Positions 13,744 to 24,115 are shown, numbered from the whole stretch's first letter. The stretch is 56,150 nucleotides of DNA, filler included, from Trypethelium eluteriae (GCA_051942245.1; 2 parts of 2 records of this genome joined end to end with filler, not necessarily neighbours in it); one strand, 5' to 3'. Notes: generated by a model from the letters alone, not told the origin. Numbers and translations are program-made.

Positions 13744-13849
13744 TACAACACAACGCCAATTATGGTACATCAGAAGCTCCCGCTTCGAGATACAGCCAAC
13801 TCAAGAATAGTCTAGATATCGAAGCATCCCCCCTGCCAAACGCCCTTTC

Positions 13850-16273
13850 TCAACGTAGCTCAAATTCTTGGTGACGGCTCTTATCCACCTTCCTCACCTC
13901 AAACGCCTCCCCATCCATCATCCCATGCACATAACATTCCCCAATGAACTCATAATACACTTCTGGTTCGTTTCTATCAACCCTCGACTCATTCTTCCCT
14001 CTATTACTGTCATTTCTTTTCGCAGAAGTAGAGCAGGCGTCGCACCGACATCCATTCTGCCAACAGTTACACTTTCGATATTTCCTCGCCGGCACGCCAT
14101 CGATATATTTTCTCAACACCACTGGAACGCTACACCCAAACAGAATGCAGATCTCATCCCCCTTTTTCGCCGTTCTCGGCGCGAGGCCCAGCGAGTCCTC
14201 CTGTTCACCTAGCAGGATCAGCCGCCTCGACCAGACAACACACTGCACGCGCTCCAGATACTCCCGCACCGCCGACGGACAATCATACATGACCGCCTCC
14301 GTGGTATTCAGATCGCCGCGATGCGGCCGGCGCTGGAAGGCCTCACGACACACGCGCTTCCAGTGCGACGGCGGCCGCTGACTGTGCAGATCGCGGTTGC
14401 CGACGAGGGTGCGCCAGAAGCGCTCGGGCGGGTAGTCGTCGAGCGTTTTCCAGCCGCCGATGTCGGTCCACTCGCATGGGATGATGCCGCCGGTTGCTGT
14501 CGCCGACTTCTCCTTGATCCGGTCCAGCACGAAGCCCTTGACGAACAGCTTCTTGTCTCGCATGCGCAGCTCCCGCGCCAGCGTCGCGTTCGAGGCTTTG
14601 TATGTCACTACGCTGTAGCCGGGTGTGCCGACGAGTGGGTCGGCGTTCACGCGCCGGTGTACTCCATGTTGACTGATGCCGAAGGGTTTGTTCGCGAGCT
14701 GCGGGATCCAGGATGGAAGCTTCGGCTCGTTCGGTGCCCACGGTCTGCACAGGATGTCGAGGGAATGGGATCGGTCGAAGACGAATTTCAGGAATTCGCT
14801 GCAAACTTCAAAGATGTCTGCGTTGTAATCCACGATTATGCGGCTGGAGACGACTTGAGTTTTGGCGAGGCGTTCTTTTCCTTTCTGGTCATAGGAGGGG
14901 CCCTCCAAACTTTGAGAGGTGGGTGCACGCGTTGGTCCGGGTTTGCGGACTGCACTGCCCGTTTCCATTGTTTCCATTTTCGCTGCCCGTGCTGCTTCGA
15001 GCAACAATTTCCTCATGTTTCGAGGTTTTCTCCTTGTAACCTCAGTATCCTTGACCGCAGGCTGCACTTCATCCCTGGATTTGGGAGAGCTCGGCGGTGA
15101 TTGGGTCTTTCTCATATCAGGCAATTGGAAGAAATTATAGTCGATCCTCGATGGACCATCCATCGTCAACGGGGTTGCGTTCTCCTCCCACGTTACTCGT
15201 TTTGACAGGGGAGTTATTGGACTTCTTATCTCATCTGTAGGAGAGTCATAGGACTGCCGAGGACCGAACGATATTGGGGATCTTTCACGCGTGGTATACG
15301 GCTTCGCATCCTTTGCGAGCCATAGTATTGCATATACAATGTCGTGAGGATCAGAGGCATCGAAGGCTGTCAGTGATGACATCAGAGCTTCCAGCGACAG
15401 GAGGCGATCGGTAATCTCGCCGTGCTCTGACTTGCGGAAGAGGTTGTCGGACGCGTAGACTAGACGGATTGCTCCCAACTCTGTTAATTCTCCGAGATAG
15501 TCTGGATGATTAGAAAAAGTGGGAGATTCTCTAAATAAACGCTTTAGGTCCTGTCGCTTGTGATAGAGAAGGGACACGCAGTCGGCAAAATCCCTCCAGG
15601 GGAGTGTCTCTCTCCCGCAATGTAAAGTAGCATTCCTTGCAAGTGAGATTTCTTGTATTATCCAGCGCCGGTTGAACCATGGCCTTCGCATAAGTGTTGA
15701 CAGTGCATCCCAGCTACCGGATGTTGGAGTAGCTTGAACAAGACGGTCGAAATCGTCCAGATTGAGACACTTGGTAACGAACTTGATAGCTTCACTGCTT
15801 TTATTGTCCTCTTCTCCAAGCCAAACTCGTACTTGGTCTGCTTTGTTGTAGATGAGATACATTCGCTGAATTTGCTGGCTTTTCTCGTCGCCATTCTCTT
15901 GGTTGATACATAGAGCATCAACCCATAGGTAAATTGATTTTGACTCATCTCGCAACTGTTGTAAAGCGTGGAAGAGATTCTTACGGATGCGGATTATGTA
16001 CACTTCGCTTTGGACTAGGATTTTAATGTGTTTCTCTTGTCCTTTCGGCCAATCATCGCCCCAAGTGTATGACAAAGCGTCGTAAGACTCTGGGCTGGGG
16101 ATTGCCACAATTTGACTACCGAGACGCTTTGTCTTAACCTTCTTTTGTGGTAGTAAACAGCGCTGAACTAGGTTCCCCTCTAGTTCAGCATCTCGAGGAC
16201 CGCAATGGAGCTTTAGTAGTCGGACGTCGCCATCATCTAGCGGAGATAACTCGCGAAAATTATACGCCTGCAT
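13850..16273 (-). CDS. Heterokaryon incompatibility (HET-domain, HET-6-like) protein, intronless
   Basis: YDALSYTWG, LWVDALCINQENGDEKSQQIQRMYLIY, RPWFNRRWIIQEI, DASDPHDIVYAIL, LPSWIP, GDEICILFGCSVPVVLR and IGECYVHGMMDGE. Confidence 0.92.
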   Translation of the reverse strand: MQAYNFRELSPLDDGDVRLLKLHCGPRDAELEGNLVQRCLLPQKKVKTKRLGSQIVAIPSPESYDALSYTWGDDWPKGQEKHIKILVQSEVYIIRIRKNLFHALQQLRDESKSIYLWVDALCINQENGDEKSQQIQRMYLIYNKADQVRVWLGEEDNKSSEAIKFVTKCLNLDDFDRLVQATPTSGSWDALSTLMRRPWFNRRWIIQEISLARNATLHCGRETLPWRDFADCVSLLYHKRQDLKRLFRESPTFSNHPDYLGELTELGAIRLVYASDNLFRKSEHGEITDRLLSLEALMSSLTAFDASDPHDIVYAILWLAKDAKPYTTRERSPISFGPRQSYDSPTDEIRSPITPLSKRVTWEENATPLTMDGPSRIDYNFFQLPDMRKTQSPPSSPKSRDEVQPAVKDTEVTRRKPRNMRKLLLEAARAAKMETMETGSAVRKPGPTRAPTSQSLEGPSYDQKGKERLAKTQVVSSRIIVDYNADIFEVCSEFLKFVFDRSHSLDILCRPWAPNEPKLPSWIPQLANKPFGISQHGVHRRVNADPLVGTPGYSVVTYKASNATLARELRMRDKKLFVKGFVLDRIKEKSATATGGIIPCEWTDIGGWKTLDDYPPERFWRTLVGNRDLHSQRPPSHWKRVCREAFQRRPHRGDLNTTEAVMYDCPSAVREYLERVQCVVWSRRLILLGEQEDSLGLAPRTAKKGDEICILFGCSVPVVLRKYIDGVPARKYRKCNCWQNGCRCDACSTSAKRNDSNRGKNESRVDRNEPEVYYEFIGECYVHGMMDGEAFEVRKVDKSRHQEFELR

Positions 16274-17778
16274 GGTGGACCAGAATAGAATAAGATAAGA
16301 TTTTCACACAAAGATTAAAAAGCGTAAAGAGAAAGTCGAGAATGATCCTATCCGCACAACGAAGTCAAGGGCACAATTGGGAACTGTCGTGGAGCTATGG
16401 ACAGTTGCGCGTGTTCTACGGAGTTTGGGGTGGTAAATCGTCATTCATGAGGCTCAAGTAGCTGACACCCGCCGAATGCAATGACCGGAGTGCTTGGGGG
16501 CTGGGCTTTAACAGGGGAGGCGATTGGTTGATGTATTGACGTGGGCAGTTTCCTGCACTATCAATTGAGCCTGGAAAGGTGCAAACGTCCGTCTCATAAC
16601 GGAAGGTAGCCGCTCACCGTATAGCGTGGCGGTAGGGAGTCCATCAGGTGCATCAGGTTTTCAGGGGAAGATCTAAAAGGAGGCGGAGGCGGAGGCGGAG
16701 GCTGAGCCTTGGCACGTTGGGTCGACCCTTGGCAACACCGATTCATAAGCCGACCGAGTTGGGACTGGAACTGCACACGTTCCGCCCGTTCGGTGCGATT
16801 CGTGGTTCGGTGCGCAGCAGCTTGGATCGGCGATTGTTCCATCTGCCAAGACTTTGACCGGTTTGGCCGGCGTTAAGTGTTAGAGTATGGAGTTCAGCCT
16901 TGCTCCTGCGCTTCTTCTGAGCTTCGCCACGAACATGGCAACTACCGTACCTACGGAGTAGCTCGTACGAAGTCTGGACTGGCTCTCGAAGATTATAGTG
17001 TAGCTGGGAGTTGGAAGCTACCTATAGATGAACCCCTTCATTGCTTAAAGATTCCACTCTGTACCTTATGTAGGTATACTTGAACCCTCGCGTACCTGTC
17101 CACCAACATTGGATTACCTTTGCCCTTTCTCTACCCACAAACCTCTTGCATATGGTGTATTGCGATTTCGTCCGAGGCTTGGAAGACCTGACTCTTCCTA
17201 TCCACGACTTCCGGCTCGTCAATGAATCTAGAAATTACCTTAGAGTAGTAAACGATGAAAGAGCGGTGTCGCACAGAATACCCTAGTCGGCGGGTCTAAT
17301 GCATGCACCATGAGCTTCCGGCTGCTTACCTTGCTGCACTGCCCACTCACAGGAAGTCAAATGGTTGAGGTGCAGCCCGCACCTTAAGTCGACGTCAACA
17401 CATCGTTCCTCGTCGGAGCCGTGGAGAAGAAGGGTGCTTAAGAGTCGGACCGTGGGTCCAGGTCGTCAGCATGTCGCTGCGAGGGCTGTGCGAGATGTTT
17501 ATTCCCACAAAGGTACGCTCCCTAGGGTCATTGACCCTTCATTGGTTGGCTATAGAAGTAAAATGGTGAACAAGGGTGTCCTACTTCTTTCCTTCGATGT
17601 TCTTGGCATGTACTCAATTGTCTTGGCTCTCTCCGTGTGAAACCGCAACACAAGCTTGTGTGGTGTTTTCTAGCTTCACCTCTCTGCATGATGAGGAGTC
17701 TCACTGATGCTGTTCAGTCACAATATTGACTGTCAGGATATCGTGTCAATACAGTCGAAATTCCAAGACATCTTACTA

Positions 17779-18942
17779 ATGCTCTTTCAGCGATATTCTT
17801 CGGTACTACAGTCCTGGACGGCTGAGGGTACCCCAAAAATATCTCTGGACGCTGCCGGTCTTGTCGCTCTAGCAGATCTCCAGGTCATTGCTCAGCGTAC
17901 AGCTTACACAGGCACCTCGGCACTTTTGGATACGTTCGTGCTTTGTCCTGGATTGCATCGTCAACAAGCAGCCCCTGATCTCAATGGCGGAGAATATCCG
18001 GCAGTGGCTGCGATGACAAGCGGTATGTGTTGAGCTCTTGTTACCTAGGAAGAGTAATTACTTGTTTGGCTTGGAAGAGCTTGCAGCTTGATCCTGCCAG
18101 ACACGACCTTGGGGGCTACCTTTTCGCTTAGATAGATCTCGGCCAAGTTGCTAATTCTTCGCATAGGCTATGTTTTCCGAGTGGAAAATCCGGCCACCGT
18201 CCTCTATCTTCAAAAGGTCGGGATCACTGGACATTTGACGACGTTACATGTTAAACGCCAGGAGTTGCCCCATTGGACTAGCCATGTGCTTGCAAGATTT
18301 TTCACTCATCAAAATGCTGTTCCACTCCAGACAGCTAGCTATCTTATTATCCCGTGTCTCACAATCATTGTGTTGACTCTCCTCATTGTATCAGGGGACT
18401 GGTGGGGTGTATTCGTGATATCTGCTTTGATGTTTGCGAGGCTTTGCAATGTCATCGTTCTTCGAAGACGGACAGACGTTGGGTGGAAAGGCGCAAGAGA
18501 ACCAGGAGTTGACGGCGATCTTTTGGTGTTGCTCTCACAGGATCGGTGGGTCAGGATTCGAGGGGCGGTTGATGATCTGAAAGCAGTCACTTCTGGGCAA
18601 TGGCTCCGTGATATGACCTTCGTAGAAAGATCAGTCACCGCCTGCTCGACCGTGTTGGTATACTTGGACGCTGCACTTGCGAGCAACATGGCACAAGCTG
18701 GCAAAGTCATGTTGATAGTGCTTCTGATACTATCTGCTGGGCTATTGGCAATATCGAACGAGAAGACTGATCACCTACAAATGCACGGCTGTGTGATAAA
18801 GGAAGATGGACAGTCGCCTAAGAAATATGGGCGAAGGCTTGAGATGGCGCGTGAGCTCATTGAGGAGATGAAAAGAGACGACTGGGCCGTACGCTTGGGC
18901 TTGATCAATGGGTCACCAGAAAAAGGCCCCATAATCGCATGA
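17779..18942 (+). CDS. Multi-pass membrane protein of unknown function (start uncertain; intron about 18023-18166)
   Basis: ISLDAAGLVALADL...PGLHRQQAAP...YPAVAAMTS/GYVFRVENPATV...GDWWG...WKGAREPGVDGDLLVLLSQDRWVRIRGAVDDLKAVTSGQW, with about 4 hydrophobic segments. ACTAAT..TTCAG at 17775-17790 may be an acceptor for an unlocated upstream exon. Confidence 0.75.
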
Positions 18943-19111
18943 AGGGCTCTTCAATGATTCTCGCCAGGCTCAACAGGATAGCTCACATTCAATAAAATCC
19001 CATCTCCGAATGCAAAAATCTAATTCATCCAAATAACTTTGACATAGTCATTCTGGGAGATCTCAGCATATGTCACACACAAGGCATCCAGCAAGAAGTG
19101 CTGTTTCACTA

Positions 19112-20215
19112 CTATAATTTACTCGATTTTCCAATGTAAGTTTGACCTAACCTAAGCATTTCCACAGCTTCTTGAACCATCTCATCCACAATCTGCTTCG
19201 CCGGCTTGATGTCTCCAATTACTCCACTCACCTGGCCCATCAGGAATGGTATATCGAAATCCTTGCCGTCTTCCATGTCCTTCTGCAACGGTATCACGCC
19301 CTTCTCCGTTAGCGCTTTCACTTCTTCCGGTCTATCCTCCCACTGCTTGACATATTCATTCAGCTTAACTCTGAGAGGTCTGCCACTGACGACCAGCGTC
19401 CGCAGCGTATCTGTGAAATCCGCCGAGACAACCGCCTCCTTGTGCAACTTACTACACCCTGCTTCCGTTGAAGCAACAAACCGCGTACCTACCCAGACAC
19501 CCTGTGCCCCTTGCATCAAGCTCGAAGCCAGACTGCGCCCGTTGTAGATCCCTCCAGCCGCTACTACCATCGCCGTCTCGCCCGTCAATGGGCTCTTATA
19601 CTTCCTCGCCACATCCACCACCGCCGGTATCAGTATGCTGTTCGGTATCTCGCCCGTATGACCGCCTCCCTCTCCTCCTTGCGCACACACAATATCCACC
19701 CCCGCCTCCAACGCCTTGGCCGCATGCTTTGGCGCCCCCACCATATTCATCACCAGTATCCCCGCCTCATGCAACCTCCGAATCACCGCCGGCGGGGGCA
19801 CCCCAACCGCCGACACGAACAGCCTCGCCCCCTCCTGAATCGTCACCTCGACCAGCTCCTCCAGCTGCCCATGCGTATAATCGTGATTTGTCTTTCGCGC
19901 CGAGCCCCCCACCTGCGGCAGGGCGAGGTCGACGCCAAACGGGAAGCTCTCGTTCGCGCCGGCTTGCCTCCCGCGGTTGATCAGACTCGTTGACGAGGCA
20001 CCCACGCGCAGGTTCGATTTGAGCTCCGTGATGATTTCGCGCAGCTGTGATGGCGAGTAGCCGAGGCCGCCGATGACGCCCAGGCCGCCTGCGTTGGAGA
20101 CGGCGGCGGCGAGAGGCCCGCCGGAGGTGCGCGCCATGCCGGCGAGGATGATGGGGTGCTGGATGCGGAGGAGGGAGGTCAGTGGGGTTTGGATTGGGGG
20201 CGAGGAGGCGGCCAT
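19112..20215 (-). CDS. Nitronate monooxygenase / 2-nitropropane dioxygenase family FMN oxidoreductase
   Basis: HPIILAGM, AAAVSNAGGLGVIG, PFGVDLALPQ, AQGGEGGGHTG, VVAAGGIYNGR and GVWVGTRF. Confidence 0.92.
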   Translation of the reverse strand: MAASSPPIQTPLTSLLRIQHPIILAGMARTSGGPLAAAVSNAGGLGVIGGLGYSPSQLREIITELKSNLRVGASSTSLINRGRQAGANESFPFGVDLALPQVGGSARKTNHDYTHGQLEELVEVTIQEGARLFVSAVGVPPPAVIRRLHEAGILVMNMVGAPKHAAKALEAGVDIVCAQGGEGGGHTGEIPNSILIPAVVDVARKYKSPLTGETAMVVAAGGIYNGRSLASSLMQGAQGVWVGTRFVASTEAGCSKLHKEAVVSADFTDTLRTLVVSGRPLRVKLNEYVKQWEDRPEEVKALTEKGVIPLQKDMEDGKDFDIPFLMGQVSGVIGDIKPAKQIVDEMVQEAVEMLRLGQTYIGKSSKL

Positions 20216-20819
20216 TGTTGGGATTGGAGGTTGTGGGCGAGAGTGGGAGAGAAACGGTAGAAAGGTCGAGTCGTGGAGATTGGTTTGCGATGAAAAAGCG
20301 TAAATTAGAAGATCGCCGCCAGGGTCTCTTTGCGGGGGACCGAGGCCCGTCAGGGGGATGTCTCATGAAGCTGCCGAGCCCATCGGCTTCAGTTCTTACC
20401 CAGTCACGCCAGATCACTGAGACTGATTTAGGTCACGCTTGGTCTGCATGATTCGTTCATCGAATCTTTTGAGTCTCACTCCTTGTTCTCTGCGAAGTTC
20501 TTTAAATACTCCTGACTCATCTCATCAACATGTCAGTCCATATGGAAATAAATACATGGAGTCATGAGCTGATGTACCGTCTGGAAATCCTTTGCTATGC
20601 ATTACGAAGCAACACATGGCTAGAGATAGCTTTGCACTTTTTTTGGGCATCATGAAAATAGTTGGTATTTTGAGTATTTTGCTGAACACCATCGAGAAGA
20701 TGATGCAGTTGACAAGCTGGCTAGTCTTCGACTCCTCTCTATCGTCTATTCTATGCCTCTAGTTCTATTACCAGCTCTCACTTCTTGCAGCCGTAAATGC
20801 GGGCATCTCAAAAGTTTCA

Positions 20820-21626
20820 CTATGCTTTCCATTTCCAGACACACCACTCTATCTCTTCCTCGTCATCCCAAGTATCATCCGCTCGCGCTCTTCCTTCTCG
20901 TATCGATGTCAAGCCTCCATTATCCAAGCGTTCCCATAATTCCCGAATCTGATCTAGATATGCAATTCGCAGCGGATAGGCAATTACAACGCGAGCCTCC
21001 TCCCCGGGACTCAACCATGCAAAGATGGCTTTGGTCAATATGCGCGGGTGATCCTCGCAGTATACAACGTCTGCGGCAAGTATGATCTTCGCTTTGTCTC
21101 CTGCATCTAATTTCGAGGCTTGAAGAGACAGCGGAGTCGTGCCGTTGTACAGAGACAGCGTGTCGGGCTCATCCCAGTCAAGAGCTCCTGCACAAGCGCT
21201 GCCTCCATTTGCCGCCAGTGTGTCTGCGTTCAGCTTGATATTTGAGATGATTGGCTCGACAATTGGTACAAGATCTGTGAGGATTAGAGGTACACTCCAG
21301 AGCAATGAGGCGGCAAGGCCAACAAGACCGATCCCCGCGCCTAGTTCAAGAACACCGAGACTAGAAGATGGAAACAGAGGAGCGCCGATGTTGCTGATAT
21401 CGTCATCTCCATTGGGCGTTGGAAGCCTCTCGCTACGAATTTTGCGGAGACTCATTAGCGCAGGCTCAAAGTCAGACGTGATTTCGTGGAGATGTTGGGT
21501 AAGGACATAAGAAGAGCTCCATGCTTCCAGGACAAGATTCTGAGCTCTGACAGCTGGTGCTTCGAGTTTCAAAACTATCGTACCATTCGAAGATGGTATT
21601 GGAAACGTGCGGGGAATTCTGCGCAT
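20820..21626 (-). CDS. Family-16 SAM-dependent protein methyltransferase (Efm2/Rrg1-like catalytic domain)
   Basis: EAWSSSYVL, VLELGAGIGLVGLA, LTDLVPI, GALDWDEP, ILAADVVY and VIAYPLR. Confidence 0.85.
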   Translation of the reverse strand: MRRIPRTFPIPSSNGTIVLKLEAPAVRAQNLVLEAWSSSYVLTQHLHEITSDFEPALMSLRKIRSERLPTPNGDDDISNIGAPLFPSSSLGVLELGAGIGLVGLAASLLWSVPLILTDLVPIVEPIISNIKLNADTLAANGGSACAGALDWDEPDTLSLYNGTTPLSLQASKLDAGDKAKIILAADVVYCEDHPRILTKAIFAWLSPGEEARVVIAYPLRIAYLDQIRELWERLDNGGLTSIREGRARADDTWDDEEEIEWCVWKWKA

Positions 21627-22893
21627 TGGTCGTATCTACGAAATACAAAGGACCACCCTTTCGCGCTTTCCAATGCCTCCTATTGGCCTTGGGATCAGCA
21701 TATCACCAATCCAGATCAAGCTTTGTCCCTACGAACGAAATTTGTCGAACAAGCGTTAATAGAGCCTAGGGGTCGATAGGCGTTTGATTCAATACTTCAT
21801 AGTGTTCATGACAAAATGAAGGATGTCAAAAGACACGGCGGTGAGGAAGTCAAAAGTTGCGTCCACAAAAAATCCTCGCTATTGCCAAAAAATGAGCATG
21901 TCCGATAATCATGGTTCTGAGCTTCGACGTACCTTGGCTCAAAATGAGAATCGTACGATTGTAACGGCACAGCTACAGGTGACGCAGGTGTTGAAAAATG
22001 ACAAAATGCAATCGGCTTGAACAAGGGGATGGCGGCGCGGACGGGTGAGATGGGGTCTGTGCGTAGTCGCCATCTTCCCGTGCTTTGGAGAACTCGAGAT
22101 TCAGGTTGGTTCGAGCTTCTTTCTTCACAAACATTACTACTCTGTTGCTGAGCTACTTCTCGGTAATAAGATGAGACCTGCTAGTACATGCGGACGTCAT
22201 CACACTACCCATTAATCCTTGGTGTTTGACAATGCTTTCTACTACATCGGCTTCCAAGTCTAAGTCTACTCTGCGAAGATGTTCTTTTTCGTCGTCAGAT
22301 GGGCAGTGCAGAGCACGATGTGAATAGGATCTTGGCGCATGCCACCCCATCATAGCGTTATTACGAGGCTGACAAGCTGCACCTACGGTAGCCAATGGAA
22401 CACATTTCCTAAAAATCGGAGGTCCTGCACTTTGGTAACTACCCTACTTTTGTGGTTCGTAACCCCAACGATATGTATGCATGTACCAGCATACCCACAA
22501 CTCTGCATCGACTTGTTCGCATGAACCCCCAAAATATGCCAAGCTTCTCGTCTCTGCTATTGTCCTGAACCTCTACTTTGATCCGAACTGTGTCTCTGTC
22601 GACCAAATGGTGTTGCATGAGATTAAACAACTCTTCTCCTTGGATACATCCGAGGAAGAGTATGCAGTCGTTCGCGGAGAAGATGGGAGAATAGAAGCCT
22701 CAGATCTCCGAGTTGAAACTGTTAAGTCAGGCCCAATAAGGCTCGAACTATTACCCTTTTTACAGTTGGCGCGTCAGTGTCCTCGAGGTAAAGTACTCCG
22801 CGAGCGAGAATCCGGTCTTCGAATCAAAGGCAATACCATACACTCGGCAATGAGATGTTGAGATGAGCAAACGTTAAAAGGATAGAACCAGCC

Positions 22894-22905
22894 AAAAAAA
22901 AAAAA
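22894..22905 (-). terminator. RNA polymerase III terminator (T12) of the tRNA-Arg gene
   Basis: Run of 12 A on the + strand (T12 on the - strand), 9 nt downstream of the tRNA discriminator base. Confidence 0.85.
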
Positions 22906-22914
22906 CGTCGTGCT

Positions 22915-23037
22915 CGACGAGCTTGGGACTCGAACCCAAAACCTTTCCCTTAGGAGGGGAACGCGCTACCCTGGAGGGGATTTTAGTTTTACATAGATCA
23001 GATTTGACTTATGACGCTTACATTGCGCCAGCCCGCC
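22915..23037 (-). tRNA. tRNA-Arg(CCU) interrupted in the D-loop by a 51-nt GT-AG intron (exons 23037-23022 and 22970-22915)
   Basis: Joined exons: GGCGGGC TG GCGC AAT|GGTA GCGC G TTCCC CT-CCT-AA GGGAA AGGTT TTGGG TTCGAGT CCCAA GCTCGTC G. This is a 72-nt cloverleaf with all four stems paired (two G-U in the acceptor), a B box GGTTCGAGTCC and a downstream oligo-T. Confidence 0.92.
22971..23021 (-). other. Putative spliceosomal (U2-type) intron inside the tRNA gene
   Basis: GTAAGCGTCATAAGTCAAATCTGATCTATGTAAAACTAAAATCCCCTCCAG has donor GTAAGC, branch candidates CTGAT and ACTAAA, a pyrimidine tract and a CAG acceptor. Its size matches mRNA introns in this window. Confidence 0.75.
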
Positions 23038-24115
23038 ATGATTTAGTCCAGAATGAAGTTAGTTATGGTATATATCACTCGAATGTTGCAACTGTCAAAG
23101 GCTACCAGGTCGAATCGGTCCGTGGCATCAACACCTCCACTTTGTACAGCTTCATATATTTCAGGAGAAGTTTATCCCACAATTATATCACAATTGAGTC
23201 TTGAACAGTGTATGATAGCCCCTTGGTAATGCTTTTATCGATAAGTCAAATACCTGGTGTTTCAGCCGACACCACACAATTGATCTGTACAAGTACTCCG
23301 TACATACCTCCCTTACTTTTGAGTTTCAAGCACTTTCTCAGCCAGCCCTTCCGACCTCTTGTGGCATAACAATGCCAATCACGCTGTAATGTTCAGCATA
23401 CTCGCATCCCCCAGTCTAAAAGCACTCTTTAGTAGGCTTCAGCAAGTATGCAAATAGACGTTTAGCTTCGGCTTCGTTGAATTGGTCCTTGTGTCCAAGA
23501 CAACGGTCGAGTCGATAGACTGCAGAAGTAAGTAGGATGACCGAAAAGGAGCACGCTCAGGCTCGCTTGATCTACGCTCAGCCACGGCTAATGCCGCTAA
23601 TCAAGTGCTCGCGTTGTATCATACAGGTAAGCTACGTGACTCAGGCCTGAAAGTAGAAATGGACTTTCTGCGAAGTTACTTTGTCCTCATATATCTATCG
23701 CTACACAGATCATCCAACACGAGTACGATAGCATCTTTACAGTCAAAGGCTAGATATGGGTTATAAAGGAGATCGGCTGATAGTAGCGATCTTCTTCTTA
23801 CTGTACACTCTAAGAAGCGAAGGCGTCTCCACCATGGTAGTCCAGAGACTTGAAGATTATCCAGCCTGGTCGACTTTGGAGAGTTGTTTCGTGAGCTGTG
23901 TCGATCCTGGTGTATAGGTCATTAAAAACTCCAGCTCTACGGTTCATCCAATTTAATGTGCTAAGCCCGCAACTATCTCAGAGTGACATTAGTGTTTGGA
24001 GCTGGTTCTACAGGAGCCTGCCTCCTTTCTGTAAGTCTGGTTGTGATTTGACATTTCTTCACAAAAGATATTCTTATCATAGGGATTGAAGTTGAAGACG
24101 AAAAGAGTAGGACTA

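Noticed and set aside
14321..15100. Long antisense or alternate-frame ORFs over the HET gene (also over the nitronate monooxygenase and GNAT genes)
   Set aside because: Expected shadows of GC-rich coding sequence, with no recognisable motifs.
16594..16857. Poly-Pro and poly-Arg ORFs in the HET upstream region
   Set aside because: They arise from a short (GGCGGA)n repeat and have no other coding signal.
22153..22861. Short ORFs downstream of the tRNA as missing 5' exons of the Efm2/Rrg1-like gene
   Set aside because: No similarity to the expected N-terminal region, and no convincing splice path to 21626.
22971..23021. Treating the tRNA insert as a canonical TSEN or BHB-type intron, or as a small transposon
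   Set aside because: It is not at position 37/38 and the anticodon loop is an intact 7-mer. I see no pairing between the intron ends or junctions that would form a bulge-helix-bulge, and no terminal inverted repeats or target-site duplication.
22923..23204. 93-aa + strand ORF (MGLEPKTFPLGGERAT...)
   Set aside because: It is the antisense reading of the tRNA gene and its intron, has a non-ATG start and shows no protein features.
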